Of a stretch of DNA of 58,743 bases, positions 26,590-35,054 are shown piece after piece; position 1 is the first letter of the stretch, and each line of letters begins with the position of its first letter. The notes beneath the pieces were generated by a model, which saw only the letters and a list, made by a program, of their open reading frames with translations, did not search any database and was not told the origin of the DNA. The stretch spans positions 1 to 58,743 of the forward strand of contig CAZYIC010000001.1 in the NCBI GenBank assembly GCA_964646925.1, in the 5' to 3' direction. The translations under genes and the position numbers were made by a program. This DNA comes from an uncultured Gammaproteobacteria bacterium. Lineage in GTDB: Bacteria > Patescibacteriota > Microgenomatia > Levybacterales > UBA12049.

Positions 26590-26592
26590 AGA

Positions 26593-27789
26593 TTAATTCT
26601 TTTCATAAACAATCTCTCCATTTTTAATAACAGTATTTATACTACCTAATTGAGAAATATTTTCTGTCGGATTTCCTTCAACTAAAACAAGATCAGCTAG
26701 ATTACCCTCTTTGATTATTCCAATATTTTTCTTTCTCAATAATTCAGCTGCAACGCTTGTTGCAGTTTTAATTGCGTCAAAAGGTGTTAATCCAATCTTC
26801 ACCATTTTTTCAATCTCTTGATGAAGACTAAAACCGGGAACAACAAATGAATTGGGCGTGTCCGATCCCGCAACTACTTTTCCTCCTGCTTTATGAAAAG
26901 CAGCGATAAATTTTGCTTTGTCAATCTCAATTTTTTGCATTTCCTTGAGTTGAGATTTCTCTAAATCCTTAAGCCAGCTTTCTGCTTTCCAATTAAGCCA
27001 TCGTTTTTTGTCCTCTTTTGGAATTAAGTTAAGATTGGGATAATTTTCATTGCCCACAGTTTCAATATATGCACATACCTCATTAACTACTAAAGTTGGA
27101 TTGATATAAATATTTTTGTTTATAAGTAAATCTATAAATAATTTAATTCTATCTTTAGGAATAGGAAAGACAATTCCGTCTGCATGTTCAATAGATGAAA
27201 TGCCCATCTCTGCTGCATCCCATGCTGAAACTTTCCAAGTATGGGATGCAACCGGAAGATTTTCTTTGCGAGCTATCTCTACAACTTCTGTCATAAATTC
27301 TTTGGAAAGACCAAAATAAGTCTTGAAACCATCTACGCCCTTTTTTACAAGTGAAGCCGTAACTTTTCGCGCCGTTTCAAGAGAGTCTAGCTCAATTGAA
27401 CCTTTCCATTCAGTCCCCCAGAATGCAGGAGCACCATCCAAAAGTGGACCATAACAGACAATGCGGGGAAGCGAATTGTCTCCATGTTTTTCTTTCTCGC
27501 GAAGCTGAATAATCCAGTCAGGATCGTTACCAACATCCCGAATAGTTGTTACGCCAAACTTAAAAAATAATGGCGACATCCAGGAACGAAAATGAACATG
27601 ACAATCAATAAGACCGGGAATAACTGTGAACTTCGAACCATTAATAACGCTAACCTCCTTATCCACTACAATGTTTTTTCCTATTTTCTTTATCTTGTTT
27701 TCCTCTAAAAGAATGTCTGTGTTTTTTAATAAAGAAGAATTAACTCCATCAAAAACTGTTGTGTTTTTTATAATACTTTTTTTAATCAT
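26593..27789 (-). CDS. Metal-dependent amidohydrolase family protein
   Basis: 398 aa. GLIDCHVHF metal-binding motif, and AGSD near the C-terminus. Confidence 0.7.
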   Translation of the reverse strand: MIKKSIIKNTTVFDGVNSSLLKNTDILLEENKIKKIGKNIVVDKEVSVINGSKFTVIPGLIDCHVHFRSWMSPLFFKFGVTTIRDVGNDPDWIIQLREKEKHGDNSLPRIVCYGPLLDGAPAFWGTEWKGSIELDSLETARKVTASLVKKGVDGFKTYFGLSKEFMTEVVEIARKENLPVASHTWKVSAWDAAEMGISSIEHADGIVFPIPKDRIKLFIDLLINKNIYINPTLVVNEVCAYIETVGNENYPNLNLIPKEDKKRWLNWKAESWLKDLEKSQLKEMQKIEIDKAKFIAAFHKAGGKVVAGSDTPNSFVVPGFSLHQEIEKMVKIGLTPFDAIKTATSVAAELLRKKNIGIIKEGNLADLVLVEGNPTENISQLGSINTVIKNGEIVYEKN

Positions 27790-27863
27790 ATTGCTATCAT
27801 ATCAAATTATAAACTAATGAATACGCTGATTGATACAAGTTAGACTATGCAAAATAAAAAATG

Positions 27864-27869
27864 TATAAT
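27864..27869 (+). promoter_or_regulatory. -10 hexamer TATAAT placed 6 nt upstream of the yqeY ATG; predicts a leaderless mRNA
   Basis: TATAAT-TAAAAT-ATG in an 86-nt intergenic region. Confidence 0.4.
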
Positions 27870-27875
27870 TAAAAT

Positions 27876-28328
27876 ATGTTAAAACAAAAGCTTAAAGAAG
27901 AGTTGAAACAGTCAATGCTGGCGAGAGATGTATTGAGAACATCTGTTTTAAGAATGCTGCTATCTAGCATTAATTATTACGAGATTCAGAAAGGCGGAGC
28001 GGGATATGAGGCAACTGATGAAGATGTTTTGGCCGTAGTTGCAAAAGAAGCAAAACAAAGAAAAGATTCTATTGAAGAATTCAAAAAAGCAAACCGCCTT
28101 GAACTGGTCGAAAAAGAAAGCAAAGAACTTGAAATGCTGCAAGTTTATTTACCTCAACAAATGGAAGAGGAAGAAATTAAGAAATTGGTAATTGAAGTAA
28201 TTAAAGAAGCTAATGCAAAAAACATTGCTGATATTGGAAAAGTGATGGGAGCATTAATGCCAAAGGTCAAAGGCCGCGCCGACGGCGGATTAGTAAGTCA
28301 AATCGTAAGGGAAAATCTTAATTCTTAA
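27876..28328 (+). CDS. yqeY: GatB/YqeY domain protein
   Basis: 150 aa. LKEELKQSMLARD...LRMLLSSI...E is the YqeY pattern. Confidence 0.85.
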   Translation: MLKQKLKEELKQSMLARDVLRTSVLRMLLSSINYYEIQKGGAGYEATDEDVLAVVAKEAKQRKDSIEEFKKANRLELVEKESKELEMLQVYLPQQMEEEEIKKLVIEVIKEANAKNIADIGKVMGALMPKVKGRADGGLVSQIVRENLNS

Positions 28329-28338
28329 ATCCTAAATC

Positions 28339-29244
28339 TTAAATCTTTTTTCTTCTCTTATCGCTTATTTCCTGCCATAGAACCAATAATGGAGATGCGG
28401 TAAAAATTGAAGAGTATGTCCCTGCAGTAATTCCAATCAAAAGAGCGACAACAAACCAACGAATGCTTTCTCCTCCGAATAACAACAACGCAATTAATAC
28501 CAAAACAACTGTTAATGAGGTGTTTAGGGATCTGTCAATTGTTTGGATTATTGACTCATTAGCGGTTTTTGCAAAATTTGAACTGCCCACTTTCCTAAGA
28601 TTTTCTCTAATTCTGTCAAAAACAACAATTGTATCATGAACTGAAAAGCCAATAACCGTTAGGATTGCCGTAACAAAAAGAGAATCTATCTCTACTCCCA
28701 AAAAGTGTCCCAAAATCGCAAACACCCCCAAAACAATTAGTACGTCATGGATTAGCGCGATAATTGCACAAACGCCAAACCGGAAACTGCTCGCAGGCTT
28801 AGGAACCTGCCTGAAAGACCAGGTTATATATAAAATAATCAGAGCTGATGCTATTCCCACAGCCTTTAAAGCATTAAGAGTTGTTTCCTGACCGATCACC
28901 GGGCCTATTGTCTCAAATTCCTGTTCCTTAACATCCTTGAATTTTTTTGACAAAGTATTTATAAACTTACTGTTTTGATTTTGATCCATCGGAGATGTTC
29001 TAACAAAAATTAATTTTTTTGATCTTTCAATATTTGCGACTTTTATTTTTGCCTCTTTCAAAATCTTATCAATTGTTTGCACTTCATTTTCGCCTACAGC
29101 GTTACTAAAAAACAATGTTAACCGGGAACCCCCGGTAAAATCAATAGAGAGATTGAGTCCCCACAGGAAAATTGCAATAATCCCCGTAATTAAAACCAAC
29201 AACGATAATCCAAAATACCAATTTTTATGTCCGATAATATTCAT
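28339..29244 (-). CDS. secF: Protein translocase subunit SecF
   Basis: 301 aa. SecF topology, and DFTGG / HDVLIVLG motifs. Confidence 0.93.
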   Translation of the reverse strand: MNIIGHKNWYFGLSLLVLITGIIAIFLWGLNLSIDFTGGSRLTLFFSNAVGENEVQTIDKILKEAKIKVANIERSKKLIFVRTSPMDQNQNSKFINTLSKKFKDVKEQEFETIGPVIGQETTLNALKAVGIASALIILYITWSFRQVPKPASSFRFGVCAIIALIHDVLIVLGVFAILGHFLGVEIDSLFVTAILTVIGFSVHDTIVVFDRIRENLRKVGSSNFAKTANESIIQTIDRSLNTSLTVVLVLIALLLFGGESIRWFVVALLIGITAGTYSSIFTASPLLVLWQEISDKRRKKI

Positions 29245-29256
29245 AACTCTCTCCTT

Positions 29257-29325
29257 GTCATCCTGAATTTATTTCAGGATCCCATTTTTTTGGGAACTAG
29301 ATGCTGAAATGAATTCAGCATGACA
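29257..29325. repeat. Family-1 palindromic element, copy c (two-hairpin subtype), spanning the secD 3' end and the secD-secF spacer
   Basis: GTCATCCTGAA-TTTA-TTTCAGGAT ... ATGCTGAA-ATGA-ATTCAGCATGACA. Encodes the last ~17 codons of secD (MLNSFQHLVPKKMGS) and its TGA stop. Confidence 0.75.
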
Positions 29326-30635
29326 TTTAATAAAGTTCTGGTTACAACTATTGCCGAGAACATAGAAACTAAAACTCCAATTGCCAATGTTAAGGCAAAA
29401 CCCCTAACGGAACCTGTCCCAAATTGATATAAAACGGCACATGTTATAAGACTTGAAATATTGGAATCCCTAATTGATGTCCAAGCTCTTGTAAATCCTA
29501 ACCCCAATGATTCATGCCATGATCTCCCGGATCTTCTTTCTTCTTTCATTCTTTCAAATATCAAAATATTTGCGTCAACTGCCATGCCAATTGACAGGAT
29601 AAACCCTGCTATTCCTGAAAGTGTAAGTGTTATTGCATATGGAGTAATACTACTAAGCTTAAATATCGATAACACAAACAAGGCATAAATTACCAAAGCA
29701 ATGCTTGCAACAATACCTAATCTCCCATACAATACGGTCATAAAAATAATTATTATTACAATTCCCAAACCTCCCGCAAAAAGGCTTTTGAGGAGTGAAT
29801 CCTGCCCCAAAGTCGCATCAACCCCGTGCTGTTGTAAGTAAACGAGGGGTACAGGCAATGCTCCCGCATTAAGAGATCTACTCAGAGCATTTGCTGATTC
29901 CGTAGTAAACCCTCCTGTTATAACAGCGTCCCCTGTTAGTATAGACTGATTTACAACCGGCGCCTCTATAACTTGCTCATCAAGAACGATCGCAACTTTT
30001 TTATTAACATTTCTTTTCGTTATGTCTGCGAATTTTTTCGCTCCATCATTTGTAAATTTTAATTGTACTTGCGGTTTACCGCTATTCGTATCAAAACCAA
30101 CACTTGCTTCTTTGATATCCGGTCCACCGAGATTTGTTTTGTTGGGATATGTGCCCAATGAAAGCACTATGCTCGGGGGATATGCGGATTGCGTCGCAAT
30201 AAGAGCTTTAAAATCGTCTTCTGTTGTAACTAATGCAGATGAACTTGTTGCAGTCATCTCCCAAAAAGAAAGCTGTGCGGTTGTGCCGATTATGTTTTTT
30301 GCCTGGTCAACATTAACACCCGGCAATTCAACAATAATACGATAATCGTTTCCGCTCACTGCGGTTTGGACAATTGGCTCCGATACTCCAAAATAGTTTG
30401 TTCTTCGCTCTATTATTGTTTTTACACCTGCCAATGCCATATCTCTTTGAGCCTGACTCACATTTTTCATATCGGCCTTAAGCGTTATACTTGTCCCTCC
30501 GGCCAGATCCAATCCTTCTTTAAAAGACAAGGATTTTGTAAATGAGAGTATGCCCTTTGACGGAAGATTAACTACGATCGCAGTAATTGTTAATAAAATA
30601 ATAAACCAAAGAAGCAGTCGCGGACTCTTTTTCAT
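29274..30635 (-). CDS. secD: Protein translocase subunit SecD
   Basis: 453 aa. GLDLAGG motif, large periplasmic domain and a C-terminal 6-TM bundle. Confidence 0.93.
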   Translation of the reverse strand: MKKSPRLLLWFIILLTITAIVVNLPSKGILSFTKSLSFKEGLDLAGGTSITLKADMKNVSQAQRDMALAGVKTIIERRTNYFGVSEPIVQTAVSGNDYRIIVELPGVNVDQAKNIIGTTAQLSFWEMTATSSSALVTTEDDFKALIATQSAYPPSIVLSLGTYPNKTNLGGPDIKEASVGFDTNSGKPQVQLKFTNDGAKKFADITKRNVNKKVAIVLDEQVIEAPVVNQSILTGDAVITGGFTTESANALSRSLNAGALPVPLVYLQQHGVDATLGQDSLLKSLFAGGLGIVIIIIFMTVLYGRLGIVASIALVIYALFVLSIFKLSSITPYAITLTLSGIAGFILSIGMAVDANILIFERMKEERRSGRSWHESLGLGFTRAWTSIRDSNISSLITCAVLYQFGTGSVRGFALTLAIGVLVSMFSAIVVTRTLLNVMLNSFQHLVPKKMGS

Positions 30636-31207
30636 GCCAACATACTTTCCTCATCCCCCAAAAGCATAACTCTGGAACCTGAAAGAACAGACAGTATAAA
30701 TGGATCTCTTTTTTTCTTTCTAAAAGTAAATTCCTCTTCAGTCATTACCGTATAATTTATTTCTCTTCCTAATCTTTTTTCCTCGTCTCTTATTAAGAGA
30801 GCCAGTTCCGGCAAGACAATTGTACCAACAATTATTAAGTCTACATCCGCTGACCTTTTCTCCATTCTTCTTGCAAATCTCCCTGAAAACATTGCATACT
30901 TTATTTTCCCAATCTTAACACGATTTTTCAGAATTCCGGCCCCAAGCCCGACTATTTTTGAACCCATTCTCAAAAGATCAAAATAGAAAAGATAATTTTT
31001 AGAAAGAGCGTAATACACTCTGTTTGCGCGCGGCTCTCTCGCCAAAATTCCCTTGTTCTCCAAAAATAGAAGTTCTCGTCTTACAGCATTAATCTCATCT
31101 CCGGTTCTTCTTACAAATTCCCTAACATGAAACATTTCTGTCGGTTTTTCCAACAAAACGTTCAATAAATTTATTCGAGATTGAGATGTAATTAGATCAG
31201 CAAACAT
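30632..31207 (-). CDS. Winged-helix (ArsR-like) regulator fused to a nucleotidyltransferase-like C-terminal domain
   Basis: 191 aa. N-terminal wHTH (FHVREFVRRTGDEINAVRRELLFLENKGIL). The C-terminal DVDLIIVG resembles a minimal NTase. Confidence 0.5.
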   Translation of the reverse strand: MFADLITSQSRINLLNVLLEKPTEMFHVREFVRRTGDEINAVRRELLFLENKGILAREPRANRVYYALSKNYLFYFDLLRMGSKIVGLGAGILKNRVKIGKIKYAMFSGRFARRMEKRSADVDLIIVGTIVLPELALLIRDEEKRLGREINYTVMTEEEFTFRKKKRDPFILSVLSGSRVMLLGDEESMLA

Positions 31208-31229
31208 AATTCAGCCCTTTGATTTCTAC

Positions 31230-32393
31230 CTACTTTACCGTTAGTATACCATCTGTGGGCAGAATTTCAAACCATATATTTCCTCTATTAAGCTTTATGG
31301 GCTCACCCGCACTATCAAAAAGAAGAGTTCTGGCAGTTCTCGCATCTTTTCTCCAAACGCCAACAGTCTCTTTGCCATCCGTAAAAATATTGGCTTTTCC
31401 TGTTCCTTTCGTTTTGTATAGCAAATGCTGGTTATTTTCATACCCATCATTAGCACGACTTTCTATCATGCGCAGAACAACTATATTTTTTGCAGTTAAT
31501 TGTTTATTATTATTTTTATCTATATGATTAGCTCCCCCATTACTTCTTTTATATAAGTTCGTAGTTGGGTCATATGTCCAGTCAACGCTGTAATCAGCAT
31601 CAAGTGTCCAGAATTCCAAATGAATTTTTTGCACCGTTGGTCTTTGCGAAGAGAGAACATCTTCTTTGAAACTATACGGAACAAAACCCTTAGTCCAAGG
31701 AACTCCATCCTCGTCCTCAACTTTGAGATTTCTTGAAGTTGCTGCAAATTGGAAAAGTTTTTCCATAGATGAATACATTGTATGCTCTGTTGCTACTGCC
31801 CGCCCTAATCTATCATAGTCTCTCCAGAAAGTAGGAAATCCAATTGAAAACTGATTCATATCATTACGGTCTACCCAGCCATAATTTTCGATTTGAGAAA
31901 GCGCATCGGCAGGTCCGTCCTGATTTGCACCGCCAACATGAGCGTACAAAGGACTGCTGCCATATTCGGACACAAAATCCAGAAAATATGTTCGGGCACT
32001 TCTAACCGGCCCAAGTATTTCCGCATTTTGACAATAAAATATAGACAGAAATCGCGTTATTCCGCCTTCCGCAACAGCTTCGTAAATTACATCGGCTCCG
32101 GTTAATCCGGACTGGGGACGCGCTTCCTTATGATTTTCTATCATTACCCCCAAAGGACGCTGTTTTTCCCACCATTCTTTTTGCTGTTTTGAATAAAGCT
32201 CTCCATTCAAAGGACATGACTCTGTTTTTGGAAGAGTTTCATCAAAAGACAGTTTTCCCGATGTTTGTGATAAGGAAGATGAAGGTTTAACTTGAGAAAT
32301 AGACTTGCCCGAGAAAAGCGCATAAGACGAAACTCCCGAAATTAAATAAGCAATAAGTATAATTAGTACGCTAATTAATGTATCTCTTTTCAT
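31230..32393 (-). CDS. DUF3048 (YerB-like) secreted protein
   Basis: 387 aa. RPLGVMIENHKEARPQSGLTGADVIYEAVAEGGITRFLSIFY is the DUF3048 hallmark. Confidence 0.8.
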   Translation of the reverse strand: MKRDTLISVLIILIAYLISGVSSYALFSGKSISQVKPSSSLSQTSGKLSFDETLPKTESCPLNGELYSKQQKEWWEKQRPLGVMIENHKEARPQSGLTGADVIYEAVAEGGITRFLSIFYCQNAEILGPVRSARTYFLDFVSEYGSSPLYAHVGGANQDGPADALSQIENYGWVDRNDMNQFSIGFPTFWRDYDRLGRAVATEHTMYSSMEKLFQFAATSRNLKVEDEDGVPWTKGFVPYSFKEDVLSSQRPTVQKIHLEFWTLDADYSVDWTYDPTTNLYKRSNGGANHIDKNNNKQLTAKNIVVLRMIESRANDGYENNQHLLYKTKGTGKANIFTDGKETVGVWRKDARTARTLLFDSAGEPIKLNRGNIWFEILPTDGILTVK

Positions 32394-32398
32394 AAATA

Positions 32399-32857
32399 TT
32401 ATGACCTTGCGCTTTTGAGCGCTTTTTTCTCCTCATCGGATAGCTCATGTTCCGCCGACTTGCCTTTTATCACTTTCTTTGCGTACCACCTGGTACCTGT
32501 CCGTGCATAAAGACCTGAAATTATTACTCCAGTATCATCTCCATCCATCAACGATAGTACAAAACTTTGGTCTCCGCCCGTATCTTTAAAAGGATTAAAA
32601 CGCACCAAACCTATCTTTTGAATATGTAAAAGGCCTTCTTTTTGTATTTTATCACAATATAATTTTAAATAATCTATGTCTTTTTTTGCAATATGGATAT
32701 CTCTCAAAATATTTTCTACTAGTGATTTAAAATTTTTATCCGTTAATCCATGAACTAATTTATTGTAATGAGATAACGCTCGATAAAGAAATACTGTAAG
32801 AATACAAAGCCATACAATAATTATAGAAATAAAAATGAGGATAAAATTGGGCGCCAT
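32399..32857 (-). CDS. DUF4446 membrane-anchored protein
   Basis: 152 aa. GLVRFNPFKDTGGDQSFVLSLMD...GLYAR motif. Confidence 0.75.
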   Translation of the reverse strand: MAPNFILIFISIIIVWLCILTVFLYRALSHYNKLVHGLTDKNFKSLVENILRDIHIAKKDIDYLKLYCDKIQKEGLLHIQKIGLVRFNPFKDTGGDQSFVLSLMDGDDTGVIISGLYARTGTRWYAKKVIKGKSAEHELSDEEKKALKSARS

Positions 32858-32918
32858 AGATATTTATCTTAGCCTCTTGACAGCTTCGTGTCAATAGTGT
32901 AGTCTTTTGCTATTACGT

Positions 32919-33182
32919 ATGAGTAAGCACAGAAAAACATTAAAACAAAAAATTTCCGCAGACTTACACCGCAACATTTATACTCTAATAAGCAAAAGCA
33001 CCCCCCCTCTCCACCCCATAGCTGATACCGCAATTGTTAATGAAGATTCACTTTCTTATTCCTATATCCTGCGTGATATTTTCAAAACCCTATTCCTAAC
33101 GGCTTTTATTGTCACCGCACAGTTAATTCTTTTTTTCTTTCTTAAAAATCATATAATCACATTGCCTAATATTAATTACTGA
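32919..33182 (+). CDS. Hypothetical small membrane protein
   Basis: ORF with a basic N-terminus and one C-terminal TM segment. I took the ATG at 32919 rather than the TTG at 32907. Confidence 0.35.
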   Translation: MSKHRKTLKQKISADLHRNIYTLISKSTPPLHPIADTAIVNEDSLSYSYILRDIFKTLFLTAFIVTAQLILFFFLKNHIITLPNINY

Positions 33183-33202
33183 AGGGAGGTGAAAACAGAA
33201 TA

Positions 33203-33345
33203 TGGCATCGATGTATTGTGTAAAATGCAGAGCAAAAAGAGAAGATGCAAATGCTCAAGCAGTTACGATGAAAAATGGTAAACCGGCATTGAAGGGCAAA
33301 TGTCCAGTCTGCGGAACAGGAATGTATAAGATTGGTAAAGCCTAG
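33203..33345 (+). pseudogene. DUF5679-type CxxC...CxxC zinc-ribbon mini-protein, interrupted by a frameshift in an A4 run
   Basis: Strong SD GGGAGGTG (33185-33192), then ATG 33203: MASMYCVKCRAK, which then goes out of frame. In the -1 frame it continues REDANAQAVTMKNGKPALKGKCPVCGTGMYKIGKA and ends at TAG (33343-33345). One extra A at 33235-33238 would restore a 47-aa protein. Confidence 0.6.
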
Positions 33346-33384
33346 CTCAGCTAGGTAAAGCCTAGCTCAGCTAGGTAAAGCCTA
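33334..33384. repeat. 20-bp tandem repeat (2.5 copies), each unit carrying the palindrome CCTAGC-TCA-GCTAGG
   Basis: GGTAAAGCCTAGCTCAGCTA x2 plus GGTAAAGCCTA. The first unit contains the last codons and the stop of the zinc-ribbon gene. Confidence 0.85.
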
Positions 33385-33442
33385 AACTTGTTGGGAATAC
33401 TGTCTTGAGGAAATTTTAATGATTTCTTCAGGAACACACAAA

Positions 33443-33474
33443 ACCCCTACTAATTTTGGTAGGGGTTTTTCTTT
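33443..33474. terminator. Bidirectional Rho-independent terminator
   Basis: ACCCCTAC-TAATTTTG-GTAGGGGT followed by TTTTTCTTT, with an A-run on the other side. Lies between convergent genes. Confidence 0.75.
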
Positions 33475-33479
33475 AAAGC

Positions 33480-35054
33480 TTACTTCTCTTTGTAATGTTC
33501 CAGCCTGACGACTTTGACGACTGAGACATCCCACTTTCCCACAATTTCTGCTCGGCCGAATCCCGCTATTTCCCAAATGGGGTGTCCCAAAGGCTCGCAG
33601 GGCGGAGCTGACTCGCAGACAACAAGAAGTTGATTTGTAACCGTTTTTCTTTGCGGGTCATGCTCTAATGTCTCAATCGTTTTTGGCTCTTTTTGCCAAA
33701 GAGTAAAAAAATAGCGATATGCATGATCGGAATTACCCCCTGTTATAAGCGCGAAATTAAACGGTTTGTTATCGGTTTTACTTATTACGAATTTTGAAAT
33801 AGTCTCAACCTGATTCAGCTGTCTATTGGCAGAAAATTTGTAAGGAGGAGTTAAACTATTTAACCATATTATTACCAGAACAATAAATATGCTTATAATT
33901 TTCCCAATTCTCTTCTCCCATAAACCTTTAAGAAAAAATCCGACCATAAGAAACGGCAGCGGAAACATGAAGCCAAAATAATAATCATATATAGATTTTC
34001 TATAAAATCCAAAAAGTCCGACTCCGAAGACAAACCAAATAACTATCAGGCTAAGCTTTGAAAAATTTGAAGAGTGCAATCTATATGCTTTGAAACATTT
34101 ATAAAATAAATATGCTGTACTTGCTATACCCAGGAATAATGCTAGGTAATGCCATAAATTAATATCCATTTTTGTCCATGAAGAAATTTTTTCAGGAGCG
34201 GGAAAATTGACAATAAGTCTTCCAAAAACTCTAAAAAAGACATCCCCTGCTATTTCAGAAAAACGCATCTTTACAAGTACATCCTGAGGTTGAGGATGAA
34301 AAATAAAATTGAAAATACTTATTATATTAGTAAACCCATGCCGAATTTCAAAAGCTAAAAATAATGACCAGCCGATAATAAAACCTGCAAAAAGAGAAAT
34401 ATATTGCTTAAAAATTGTAAATACGTTCTCTCTTGAAAATATACATTGATTTAAGAAAATATAAACTCCAATTATAACTCCCAAAAATAAAGCCAAATAA
34501 TGAAGCTGCATTGAGATTCCGAGAAAAACCCCGGATAAAATCAAAAGTTTTGCACTATTGTTTTTAACTGCTTTATAGACAAGATACAGTGTTAGTAAAG
34601 AGAAAAACGGCATAAGGTTTGGATTCCATGAAGATTTGGAATAAGTAATAACAAGAGGAGAAATTGCATATAATCCTGCCGCAATAAGACCAACTAGAGT
34701 GCCAAAAAAATCTTTTCCGATCTTATATATTAGACCTACTGTCGCAACGCCAAAAAGAGCAACCATTATTGCCGGTCCAACAGGATTGTAATTGAAAAGC
34801 CAAAGGAAAGGAGCCATAAAATAGTAATAAATCGGACCTAGAAAAAATCCGCCTACAGAAGCTGTGGGGCCAAGCAAAGTTAAATCTCCATGCAATATTT
34901 TATAAACAATCAAAGCATCTCTTCCTTCGTCCCCCAAAAAAGTCATAAAATCCATTATTCTATAAAGTCTATAAAATGAAGCAACAGCTAAAATTCCAAC
35001 AAGAAAAATCAAGGCACAATTTTTTGACAGGAATTTTAAAAGAGGATTTTTCAT
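33480..35054 (-). CDS. GT39-type (ArnT/PMT-like) GT-C glycosyltransferase
   Basis: 524 aa, polytopic. The FLGDEGRDALIVYKILHG first-loop acidic motif is typical of this family. Confidence 0.7.
   Translation of the reverse strand: MKNPLLKFLSKNCALIFLVGILAVASFYRLYRIMDFMTFLGDEGRDALIVYKILHGDLTLLGPTASVGGFFLGPIYYYFMAPFLWLFNYNPVGPAIMVALFGVATVGLIYKIGKDFFGTLVGLIAAGLYAISPLVITYSKSSWNPNLMPFFSLLTLYLVYKAVKNNSAKLLILSGVFLGISMQLHYLALFLGVIIGVYIFLNQCIFSRENVFTIFKQYISLFAGFIIGWSLFLAFEIRHGFTNIISIFNFIFHPQPQDVLVKMRFSEIAGDVFFRVFGRLIVNFPAPEKISSWTKMDINLWHYLALFLGIASTAYLFYKCFKAYRLHSSNFSKLSLIVIWFVFGVGLFGFYRKSIYDYYFGFMFPLPFLMVGFFLKGLWEKRIGKIISIFIVLVIIWLNSLTPPYKFSANRQLNQVETISKFVISKTDNKPFNFALITGGNSDHAYRYFFTLWQKEPKTIETLEHDPQRKTVTNQLLVVCESAPPCEPLGHPIWEIAGFGRAEIVGKWDVSVVKVVRLEHYKEK

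Noticed and set aside
33341-33375. tRNA-like sequence TAGCTCAGCTAGGTAAAGC resembling a tRNA D-arm (TAGCTCAGCTGGGAGAGC)
   Set aside because: Only the D-arm-like stretch is present. There is no anticodon arm, T-arm (GTTCGAATC) or acceptor pairing. The similarity is most simply explained by the CCTAGC-TCA-GCTAGG palindrome.
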